DNA of 64,000 nucleotides from the human T2T-CHM13v2.0 reference genome, Homo sapiens: assembly GCF_009914755.1 (NCBI RefSeq), contig NC_060935.1; one strand, given 5' to 3'. The notes beneath the pieces are model-generated. The model saw only the letters and a list, made by a program, of their open reading frames with translations, was not told where the DNA came from and did not search any database. Shown here in pieces: positions 1 to 11,440 of the stretch (positions within the stretch are counted from its first letter, which is position 1; every line of letters starts with the position of its first letter). The position numbers and the translations under genes are program-made.

Positions 1-186
1 CGACTGCTTTGAGGCCTACTGTAGTAAAGGAAATAACTTCATCTAAAAACCAAACGGAAGCATTCACAGACAATTCTTAGTGATCATTGGATTGAACTAA
101 CAGAGCTGAACATTCCTTTAGATGGCGCAGTTTCCAAACACACTTTCTGTAGAATCTGCCACTGGATATTTGGACCTCTCTGAGGA

Positions 187-203
187 TTTCGTTGGAAACG
201 GGC
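187..203 (+). promoter_or_regulatory. CENP-B box, monomer 1 (recurs every 850 bp)
   Basis: TTTCGTTGGAAACGGGC (last base A in most copies) matches the established core NTTCGNNNNANNCGGGN. Confidence 0.95.
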
Positions 204-353
204 TAAATTTCCCAGAACTACACTGAAGCATTCTGAGAAACTTCTTTGTGATGTTTGCATTCAACTCACAGAGTTGAACCTTGCTTTCATAGTTCAGCTT
301 TCAAACACTCTTTTTGTAGAATCTGCAAGTGGATATTTGGACCACTTTGTGGC

Positions 354-370
354 CTTCCTTCGAAACGGGT
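354..370 (+). promoter_or_regulatory. Degenerate CENP-B box, monomer 2 (recurs every 850 bp)
   Basis: CTTCCTTCGAAACGGGT has TTCC in place of the essential TTCG, with the A and CGGG retained. Predicted non-binding. Confidence 0.85.
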
Positions 371-524
371 ATATCTTCACATCAAACCTAGACAGAAGCA
401 TTCTCAGAATGTTTCCTGTGATGACTGCATTCAACTCACAGAGGTGAACAATCCTGCTGATGGAGCAGTTTTGAAACTCTCTTTCTTTGGATTCTGCAAG
501 TGGATATGTGGACCTCTGTGAAGA

Positions 525-541
525 TTTCGTTGGAAACGGGT
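525..541 (+). promoter_or_regulatory. CENP-B box, monomer 3 (recurs every 850 bp)
   Basis: TTTCGTTGGAAACGGGT matches all nine core positions. Confidence 0.95.
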
Positions 542-656
542 TCATCTTCACAGAAAAAATAACCAGGAGTATTCTCAGAAACTGCTTTGTGATGTTTGTG
601 TTCCACTTCAGGAATTGAACTTTCCTCTTGACAGAGCAGCTCTGAAACCCTCTTTT

Positions 657-662
657 TCTAGA
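657..662. other. XbaI site defining the 0.85-kb HOR (one per unit; mutated to TCCAGA at 63553-63558)
   Basis: TCTAGA lies within TTTTTCTAGAATC and repeats every 850 bp. Confidence 0.9.
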
Positions 663-695
663 ATCTGCAAGTGGACATTTGGAGGGCTTTGAGGC

Positions 696-712
696 CTGTG
701 GTGGAAAAGGAA
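696..712 (-). promoter_or_regulatory. A-type (pJalpha-like) box, monomer 4
   Basis: CTGTGGTGGAAAAGGAA; its reverse complement TTCCTTTTCCACCACAG is one mismatch from the pJalpha consensus TTCCTTTTYCACCRTAG. It sits at the position homologous to the CENP-B box. Confidence 0.8.
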
Positions 713-865
713 AATCTTCACATAAAAACTAGATGGAAGCACTCTCAGAAACTACTTTGTGATGATTGCATTCGACTCACAGAGTTGAACATTCCTATAG
801 ATAGAGCAGGTTGTAAACAATCTTTTTGTAGAATCTGCGATTGGAGATTTGGACTGCTTTGAGGC

Positions 866-882
866 CTACTGTAGTAAAGGAA
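866..882 (-). promoter_or_regulatory. Diverged A-type box, monomer 5
   Basis: CTACTGTAGTAAAGGAA occupies the box-homologous position, retains AAGGAA and has no CpG core. Confidence 0.6.
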
Positions 883-3199
883 ATAACTTCATCTAAAAAC
901 CAAACGGAAGCATTCACAGACAATTCTTAGTGATCATTGGATTGAACTAACAGAGCTGAACATTCCTTTAGATGGCGCAGTTTCCAAACACACTTTCTGT
1001 AGAATCTGCAAGTGGATATTTGGACCTCTCTGAGGATTTCGTTGGAAACGGGATAAACTTCCCAGAACTACACGGAAGTATTCTGAGAAACTTCTTTGTG
1101 ATGTTTGCATTCAACTCACAGAGTTGAACCTTGCTTTCATAGTTCAGCTTTCAAACACTCTTTTTGTAGAATCTGCAAGTGGATATTTGGACCACTTTGT
1201 GGCCTTCCTTCCAAACGGGTATATCTTCACATCAAACCTAGACAGAAGCATTCTCAGAATGTTTCCTGTGATGACTGCATTCAACTCACAGAGGTAAACA
1301 ATCCTGCTGATGGAGCAGTTTTGAAACTCTCTTTCTTTGGATTCTGCAAGTGGATATGTGGACCTCTGTGAAGATTTCGTTGGAAACGGGTTCATCTTCA
1401 CAGAAAAAATAACCAGGAGCATTCTCAGAAACTGCTTTGTGATGTTTGTGTTCCACTTCAGGAATTGAACTTTCCTCTTGACAGAGCAGCTCTGAAACCC
1501 TCTTTTTCTAGAATCTGCAAGTGGACATTTGGAGGGCTTTGAGGCCTGTGGTGGAAAAGGAAACTCTTCACATAAAAACTAGATGGAAGCATTCTCAGAA
1601 ACTACTTTGTGATGATTGCATTCGACTCACAGAGTTGAACATTCCTATAGATAGAGCACGTTGTAAACAATCTTTTTGTAGAATCTGTGATTGGAGATTT
1701 GGACTGCTTTGAGGCCTACTGTAGTAAAGGAAATAACTTCATCTAAAAACCAAACGGAAGCATTCACAGACAATTCTTAGTGATCATTGGATTGAACTAA
1801 CAGAGCTGAACATTCCTTTAGATGGAGCAGATTCCAAACACACTTTCTGTAGAATCTGCAACTGGATATTTGGACCTCTCTGAGGATTTCGTTGGAAACG
1901 GGATAAACTTCCCAGAACTACACGGAAGCATTCTGAGAAACTTCTTTGTGATGTTTGCATTCAACTCACAGAGTTGAACCTTGCTTTCATAGTTCAGCTT
2001 TCAAACACTCTTTTTGTAGATTCTGCAAGTGGATATTTGGACCACTTTGTGGCCTTCCTTCGAAACGGGTATATCTTCACATCAAACCTAGACAGAAGCA
2101 TTCTCAGAATGTTTTCTGTGATGACTGCATTCAACTCACAGAGGTGAACAATCCTGTTGATGGAGCAGTTTTGAAACTCTCTTTCTTTGGATTCTGCAAG
2201 TGGATATGTGGACCTCTGTGAAGATTTCGTTGGAAACGGGTTCATCTTCACAGAAAAACTAAACAGGAGCATTCTCAGAAACTGCTTTGTGATGTTTGTG
2301 TTCCACTTCAAGAATTGAACTTTCCTCTTGACAGAGCAGCTCTGAAACCCTCTTTTTCTAGAATCTGCAAGTGGACATTTGGAGGGCTTTGAGGCCTGTG
2401 GTGGAAAAGGAAAATCTTCACATAAAAACTAGATGGAAGCATTCTCAGAAACTACTTTGTGATGATTGCATTCGACTCACAGAGTTGAACATTCCTATAG
2501 ATAGAGCAGGTTGAAAACAATCTTTTTGTAGAATCTGCGATTGGAGATTTGGACTGCTTTGAGGCCTACTGTAGTAAAGGAAATAACTTCATCTAAAAAC
2601 CAAACGGAAGCATTCACAGACAATTCTTAGTGATCATTGGATTGAACTAACAGAGCTGAACATTCCTTTAGATGGAGCAGATTCCAAACAAACTTTCTGT
2701 AGAATCTGCAACTGGATATTTGGACCTCTCTGAGGATTTCGTTGGAAACGGGATAAACTTCCCAGAACTACACGGAAGCATTCTGAGAAACTTCTTTGTG
2801 ATGTTTGCATTCAACTCACAGAGTTGAACCTTGCTTTCATAGTTCAGCTTTCAAACACTCTTTTTGTAGAATCTGCAAGTGGATATTTGGACCACTTTTT
2901 GGCCTTCCTTCGAAACGGGTATATCTTCGCATCAAACCTAGACAGAAGCATTCTCAGAATGTTTCCTGCGATGACTGCATTCAACTCACAGAGGTGAACA
3001 ATCCTGCTGATGGAGCAGTTTTGAAACTCTCTTTCTTTGGATTCTGCAAGTGGATATGTGGACCTCTGTGAAGATTTCGTTGGAAACGGGTTCATCATCA
3101 CAGAAAAACTAAACAGGAGCATTCTCAGAAACTGCTTTGTGATGTTTGTGTTCCACTTCAAGAATTGAACTTTCCTCTTGACAGAGCAGCTCTGAAACC

Positions 3200-6100
3200 C
3201 TCTTTTTCTAGAATCTGCATGTGGACATTTGGAGGGCTTTGAGGCCTGTGGTGGAAAAGGAAAATATTCACATAAAAACTAGATGGAAGCATTCTCAGAA
3301 ACTACTTTGTGATGATTGCATTCGACTCACAGAGTTGTACATTCCTATAGATAGAGCAGGTTGTCAACAATCTTTTTGTAGAATCTGCGATTGGAGATTT
3401 GGACTGCTTTGAGGCCTACTGTAGTAAAGGAAATAACTTCATCTAAAAACCAAACGGAAGCATTCACAGACAATTCTTAGTGATCATTGGATTGAAATAA
3501 CTGAGCTGAACATTCCTTTAGATGGCGCAGTTTCCAAACACACTTTCTGTAGAATCTGCAAGTGGATATTTGGACCTCTCTGAGGATTTCGTTGGAAAAG
3601 GGATAAACTTCCCAGAACTACACGGAAGTATTCTGAGAAACTTCTTTGTGATGTTTGCATTTAACTCACAGAGTTGAACCTTGCTTTCATAGTTCAGCTT
3701 TCAAACACTCTTTTTGTAGGATCTGCAAGTGGATATTTGGACCACTTTGTGGCCTTCCTTCGAAACGGGTATATCTTCACATCAAACCTAGACAGAAGCA
3801 TTCTCAGAATGTTTCTTGTGATGACTGCATTCAACTCACAGAGGTGAACAATCCTGCCGATGGACCAGTTTTGAAACTGTCTTTCTTTGGATTCTGCAAG
3901 TGGATATGTGGACCTCTGTGAACATTTCGTTGGAAACGGGTTCATCTTCACAGAAAAACTAAACAGGAGCATTCTCAGAAACTGCTTTGTGATGTTTGTG
4001 TTCCACTTCAGGAATTGAACTTTCCTCTTGACAGAGCAGCTCTGAAACCCTCTTTTTCTAGAATCTGCAAGTGGACATTTGGAGGGCTTTGAGGCCTGTG
4101 GTGGAAAAGGAAAATCTTCACATAAAAACTAGATGGAAGCATTCTCAGAAACTACTTTGTGATGGTTGCATTCGACTCACAGAGTTGAACATTCCTATAG
4201 ATAGAGCAGGTTGTAAACAATCTTTTTGTAGAATCTGCGATTGGAGATTTGGACTGCTTTGAGGCCTACTGTAGTAAAGGAAATAACTTCATCTAAAAAC
4301 CAAACGGAAGCATTCACAGACAATTCTTAGTGATCATTGGATTGAACTAACAGAGCTGAACATTCCCTTAGATGGAGCAGTTTCCAAACACACTTTCTGT
4401 AGAATCTGGAAGTGGATATTTGGACCTCTCTGAGGATTTCGTTGGAAACGGGCTAATCTTCCCAGAACTACACGGAAGCATTCTGAGAAACTTCTTTGTG
4501 ATGTTTGCATTCAACTCACAGAGTTGAACCTTGCTTTCATAGTTCAGCTTTCAAACACTCTTTTTGTAGAATCTGCAAGTGGATATTTGGACCACTTTGT
4601 GGCCTTCCTTCGAAACGGGTATATCTTCACATCAAACCTAGACAGAAGCATTCTCAGAATGTTTCCTGTGATGACTGCATTCAACTCACAGAGGTGAACA
4701 ATCCTGCTGATGGAGCAGTTTTGAAACTCTCTTTCTTTGGATTCTGCAAGTGGATATGTGGACCTCTGTGAAGATTTCGTTGGAAACAGGTTCATCTTCA
4801 CAGAAAAACTAAACAGGAGCATTCTCAGAAACTGCTTTGTGATGTTTGTGTTCCACTTCAGGAATTGAACTTTCCTCTTGACAGAGCTGCTCTGAAACCC
4901 TCTTTTTCTAGAATCTGCATGTGGACATTTGGAGGGCTTTGAGGCCTGTGGTGGAAAAGGAAAATCTTCACATAAAAACTAGATGGAAGCATTCTCAGAA
5001 ACTACTTTGTGATGATTGCATTCGACTCACAGAGTTGTACATTCCTATAGATAGAGCAGGTTGTAAACAATCTTTTTGTAGAATCTGCGATTGGAGATTT
5101 GGACTGCTTTGAGGCCTACTGTAGTAAAGGAAATAACTTCATCTAAAAACCAAACGGAAGCATTCACAGACAATTCTTAGTGATCATTGGTTTGAAATAA
5201 CTGAGCTGAACATTCCTTTAGATGGCGCAGTTTCCAAACACACTTTCTGTAGAATCTGCAAGTGGATATTTGGACCTCTCTGAGGATTTCGTTGGAAACG
5301 GGATAAACTTCCCAGAACTACACGGAAGCATTCTGAGAAACTTCTTTGTGATGTTTGCATTCAACTCACAGAGTTGAACCTTGCTTTCATAGTTCAGCTT
5401 TGAAACACTCTTTTTGTAGAATCTGCAAGTGGATATTAGGACCACTTTGTGGCCTTCCTTCGAAACGGGTATATCTTCACATCAAACCTAGACAGAAGCA
5501 TTCTCAGAATGTTTCCTGTGATGACTGCATTCAACTCACAGATGTGAACAATCCTGCTGATGGAGCAGTTTTGAAACTCTCTTTCTTTGGATTCTGCAAG
5601 TGGATATGTGGACCTCTGTGAAGATTTCGTTGGAAACGGGTTCATCTTCACAGAAAAACTAAACAGGAGCATTCTCAGAAACTGCTTTGTGATGTTTGTG
5701 TTCCACTTCAGGAATTGAACTTTCCTCTTGAGAGAGCAGCTCTGAATCCCTCTTTTTCTAGAATCTGCAAGTGGACATTTGGAGGGCTTTGAGGCCTGTG
5801 GTGGAAAAGGAAAATCTTCACATAAAAACTAGATGGAAGCATTCTCAGAAACTACTTTGTGATGATTGCATTCGACTCACAGAGTTGAACATTCCTATAG
5901 ATAGAGCAGGTTGTAAACAATCTTTTTGTAGAATCTGCGATTGGAGATTTGGACTGCTTTGAGGCCTACTGTAGTAAAGGAAATAACTTCATCTAAAAAT
6001 CAAACGGAAGCATTCACAGACAATTCTTAGTGATCATTGGATTGAACTAACAGAGCTGAACATTCCTTTAGATGGCGCAGTTTCCAAACACACTTTCTGT

Positions 6101-9100
6101 AGAATCTGCAAGTGGATATTTGGACCTCTCTGAGGATTTCGTTGGAAACGGTCTAAACTTCCCAGAACTACACGGAAGTATTCTGAGAAACTTCTTTGTG
6201 ATGTTTGCATTCAACTCACAGAGTTGAACCTTGCTTTCATATTTCAGCTTTCAAACACTCTTTTTGTAGAATCTGCAAGTGGATATTTGGATCACTTTGT
6301 GGCCTTCCTTCGAAACGGGTATATCTTCACATCAAACCTAGACAGAAGCATTCTCAGAATGTTTCCTGTGATGACTGCATTCAACTCACAGAGGTGAACA
6401 ATCCTGCTGATGGACCAGTTTTGAAACTCTCTTTCTTTGGATTCTGCAAGTGGATATGTGGACCTCTGTGAAGATTTCGTTGGAAACGGGTTCATCTTCA
6501 CAGAAAAACTAAACAGGAGCATTCTCAGAAACTGCTTTGTGATGTTTGTGTTCCACTTCAGGAATTGAACTTTCCTCTTGACAGAGCAGCTCTGAAACCC
6601 TCTTTTTCTAGAATCTGCAAGTGGAGATTTGGAGGGCTTTGAGGCCTGTGGTGGAATAGGAAAATCTTCACATAAAAACTAGATGGAAGCATTCTCAGAA
6701 ACTACTTTGTGATGGTTGCATTCGACTCACAGAGTTGAACATTCCTATAGATAGAGCAGGTTGTAAACAATCTTTTTGTAGAATCTGCGATTGGAGATTT
6801 GGACTGCTTTGAGGCCTTCTGTAGTAAAGGAAATAACTTCATCTAAAAACCAAACGGAAGCATTCACAGACAATTCTTAGTGATCATTGGATTGAACTAA
6901 CAGAGCTGAACATTCCTTTAGATGGCGCAGTTTCCAAACACACTTTCTGTAGAATATGCAAGTGGATATTTGGACCTCTCTGAGGATTTCGTTGGAAACG
7001 GGCTAAACTTCCCAGAACTACACGGAAGCATTCTGAGAAACTTCTTTGTGATGTTTGCATTCAACTCACAGAGTTGAACCTTGCTTTCATAGTTCAGCTT
7101 TCAAACACTCTTTTTGTAGAATCTGCAAGTGGATATTTGGACCACTTTGTGGCCTTCCTTCGAAACGGGTATATCTTCACATCAAACCTAGACCGAAGCA
7201 TTCTCAGAATGTTTCCTCTGATGACTGCATTCAACTCACAGAGGTGAACAATCCTGCTGATGGAGCAGTTTTGAAACTCTCTTTCTTTGGATTCTGCAAG
7301 TGGATATGTGGACCTCTGTGAAGATTTCGTTGGAAACGGGTTCATCTTCACAGAAAAACTAAACAGGAGCATTCTCAGAAACTGCTTTGTGATGTTTGTG
7401 TTCCACTTCAGGAATTGAACTTTCCTCTTGACAGAGCAGCTCTGAAACCCTCTTTTTCTAGAATCTGCATGTGGACATTTGGAGGGCTTTGAGGCCTGTG
7501 GTGGAAAAGGAAAATATTCACATAAAAACTAGATGGAAGCATTCTCAGAAACTACTTTGTGATGATTGCATTCGACTCACAGAGTTGTACATTCCTATAG
7601 ATAGAGCAGGTTGTCAACAATCTTTTTGTAGAATCTGCGATTGGAGATTTGGACTGCTTTGAGGCCTACTGTAGTAAAGGAAATAACTTCATCTAAAAAC
7701 CAAACGGAAGCATTCACAGACAATTCTTAGTGATCATTGGATTGAAATAACTGAGCTGAACATTCCTTTAGATGGCGCAGTTTCCAAACACACTTTCTGT
7801 AGAATCTGCAAGTGGATATTTGGACCTCTCTGAGGATTTCGTTGGAAAAGGGATAAACTTCCCAGAACTACACGGAAGTATTCTGAGAAACTTCTTTGTG
7901 ATGTTTGCATTCAACTCACAGAGTTGAACCTTGCTTTCATAGTTCAGCTTTCAAACACTCTTTTTGTAGGATCTGCAAGTGGATATTTGGACCACTTTGT
8001 GGCCTTCCTTCGAAACGGGTATATCTAAACATCAAACCTAGACAGAAGCATTCTCAGAATGTTTCCTGTGATGACTGCATTCAACTCACAGAGGTGAACA
8101 ATCCTGCCGATGGACCAGTTTTGAAACTCTCTTTCTTTGGATTCTGCAAGTGGATATGTGGACCTCTGTGAACATTTCGTTGGAAACGGGTTCATCTTCA
8201 CAGAAAAACTAAACAGGAGCATTCTCAGAAACTGCTTTGTGATGTTTGTGTTCCACTTCAGGAATTGAACTTTCCTCTTGACAGAGCAGCTCTGAAACCC
8301 TCTTTTTCTAGAATCTGCAAGTGGACATTTGGAGGGCTTTGAGGCCTGTGGTGGAAAAGGAAAATCTTCACATAAAAACTAGATGGAAGCATTCTCAGAA
8401 ACTACTTTGTGATGGTTGCATTCGACTCACAGAGTTGAACATTCCTATAGATAGAGCAGGTTGTAAACAATCTTTTTGTAGAATCTGCGATTGGAGATTT
8501 GGACTGCTTTGAGGCCTACTGTAGTAAAGGAAATAACTTCATCTAAAAACCAAACGGAAGCATTCACAGACAATTCTTAGTGATCATTGGATTGAACTAA
8601 CAGAGCTGAACATTCCCTTAGATGGAGCAGTTACCAAACACACTTTCTGTAGAATCTGGAAGTGGATATTTGGACCTCTCTGAGGATTTCGTTGGAAACG
8701 GGCTAATCTTCCCAGAACTACACGGAAGCATTCTGAGAAACTTCTTTGTGATGTTTGCATTCAACTCACAGAGTTGAACCTTGCTTTCATAGTTCAGCTT
8801 TCAAACACTCTTTTTGTAGAATCTGCAAGTGGATATTAGGACCACTTTGTGGCCTTCCTTCGAAACGGGTATATCTTCACATCAAACCTAGACAGAAGCA
8901 TTCTCAGAATGTTTCCTGTGATGACTGCATTCAACTCACAGAGGTGAACAATCCTGCTGATGGAGCAGTTTTGAAACTCTCTTTCTTTGGATTCTGCAAG
9001 TGGATATGTGGACCTCTGTGAAGATTTCGTTGGAAACGGGTTCATCTTCACAGAAAAACTAAACAGGAGCATTCTCAGAAACTGCTTTGTGATGTTTGTG

Positions 9101-11440
9101 TTCCACTTCAGGAATTGAACTTTCCTCTTGACAGAGCTGCTCTGAAACCCTCTTTTTCTAGAATCTGCATGTGGACATTTGGAGGGCTTTGAGGCCTGTG
9201 GTGGAAAAGGAAAATCTTCACATAAAAACTAGATGGAAGCATTCTCAGAAACTACTTTGTGATGATTGCATTCGACTCACAGAGTTGTACATTCCTATAG
9301 ATAGAGCAGGTTGTAAACAATCTTTTTGTAGAATCTGCGATTGGAGATTTGGACTGCTTTGAGGCCTACTGTAGTAAAGGAAATAACTTCATCTAAAAAC
9401 CAAACGGAAGCATTCACAGACAATTCTTAGTGATCATTGGTTTGAAATAACTGAGCTGAACATTCCTTTAGATGGCGCAGTTTCCAAACACACTTTCTGT
9501 AGAATCTGCAAGTGGATATTTGGACCTCTCTGAGGATTTCGTTGGAAACGGGATAAACTTCCCAGAACTACACGGAAGCATTCTGAGAAACTTCTTTGTG
9601 ATGTTTGCATTCAACTCACAGAGTTGAACCTTGCTTTCATAGTTCAGCTTTCAAACACTCTTTTTGTAGAATCTGCAAGTGGATATTAGGACCACTTTGT
9701 GGCCTTCCTTCGAAACGGGTATATCTTCACATCAAACCTAGACAGAAGCATTCTCAGAATGTTTCCTGTGATGACTGCATTCAACTCACAGATGTGAACA
9801 ATCCTGCTGATGGAGCAGTTTTGAAACTCTCTTTCTTTGGATTCTGCAAGTGGATATGTGGACCTCTGTGAAGATTTCGTTGGAAACGGGTTCATCTTCA
9901 CAGAAAAACTAAACAGGAGCATTCTCAGAAACTGCTTTGTGATGTTTGTGTTCCACTTCAGGAATTGAACTTTCCTCTTGAGAGAGCAGCTCTGAATCCC
10001 TCTTTTTCTAGAATCTGCAAGTGGACATTTGGAGGGCTTTGAGGCCTGTGGTGGAAAAGGAAACTCTTCACATAAAAACTAGATGGAAGCATTCTCAGAA
10101 ACTACTTTGTGATGATTGCATTCGACTCACAGAGTTGAACATTCCTATAGATAGAGCAGGTTGTAAACAATCTTTTTGTAGAATCTGCGATTGGAGATTT
10201 GGACTGCTTTGAGGCCTACTGTAGTAAAGGAAATAACTTCATCTAAAAATCAAACGGAAGCATTCACAGACAATTCTTAGTGATCATTGGATTGAACTAA
10301 CAGAGCTGAACATTCCTTTAGATGGCGCAGTTTCCAAACACACTTTCTGTAGAATCTGCAAGTGAATATTTGGACCTCTCTGAGGATTTCGTTGGAAACG
10401 GTCTAAACTTCCCAGAACTACACGGAAGTATTCTGAGAAACTTCTTTGTGATGTTTGCATTCAACTCACAGAGTTGAACCTTGCTTTCATATTTCAGCTT
10501 TCAAACACTCTTTTTGTAGAATCTGCAAGTGGATATTTGGATCACTTTGTGGCCTTCCTTCGAAACGGGTATATCTTCACATCAAACCTAGACAGAAGCA
10601 TTCTCAGAATGTTTCCTGTGATGACTGCATTCAACTCACAGAGGTGAACAATCCTGCTGATGGACCAGTTTTGAAACTCTCTTTCTTTGGATTCTGCAAG
10701 TGGATATGTGGACCTCTGTGAAGATTTCGTTGGAAACGGGTTCATCTTCACAGAAAAACTAAACAGGAGCATTCTCAGAAACTGCTTTGTGATGTTTGTG
10801 TTCCACTTCAGGAATTGAACTTTCCTCTTGACAGAGCAGCTCTGAAACCCTCTTTTTCTAGAATCTGCAAGTGGAGATTTGGAGGGCTTTGAGGCCTGTG
10901 GTGGAATAGGAAAATCTTCACATAAAAACTAGATGGAAGCATTCTCAGAAACTACTTTGTGATGGTTGCATTCGACTCACAGAGTTGAACATTCCTATAG
11001 ATAGAGCAGGTTGTAAACAATCTTTTTGTAGAATCTGCGATTGGAGATTTGGACTGCTTTGAGGCCTTCTGTAGTAAAGGAAATAACTTCATCTAAAAAC
11101 CAAACGGAAGCATTCACAGACAATTCTTAGTGATCATTGGATTGAACTAACAGAGCTGAACATTCCTTTAGATGGCGCAGTTTCCAAACACACTTTCTGT
11201 AGAATATGCAAGTGGATATTTGGACCTCTCTGAGGATTTCGTTGGAAACGGGCTAAACTTCCCAGAACTACACGGAAGCATTCTGAGAAACTTCTTTGTG
11301 ATGTTTGCATTCAACTCACAGAGTTGAACCTTGCTTTCATAGTTCAGCTTTCAAACACTCTTTTTGTAGAATCTGCAAGTGGATATTTGGACCACTTTGT
11401 GGCCTTCCTTCGAAACGGGTATATCTTCACATCAAACCTA
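3200..11440 (+). repeat. Tandem duplication with 5-HOR (4250 bp) period
   Basis: Private SNVs repeat at +4250: ctgcat 3220/7470, gttgtac ~3338/7588, ggaaaaggg ~3599/7849, ctggaag ~4409/8659, gatgtgaac ~5543/9793, ggaatagg ~6657/10907, gaatatgc ~6956/11206. Confidence 0.85.

Larger units (their letters stand above)
61..910 (+). repeat. Representative HOR unit (5 monomers: 61-228, 229-398, 399-569, 570-739, 740-910)
   Basis: Monomer starts are read at the homologous CATTC(T/A)(C/G)AGA motif at 61, 229, 399, 570, 740 and 911. The lengths 168+170+171+170+171 sum to 850. Monomers within a unit differ considerably, while whole units differ at only a few sites. The phase is arbitrary. Confidence 0.95.

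Noticed and set aside
793-806. CTATAGATAG and other short palindromes (AGGCCT, TGATCA, TTCGAA) as promoter or regulatory sites
   Set aside because: These 6-bp palindromes are expected by chance and are constitutive parts of the monomers. No promoter context is evident.
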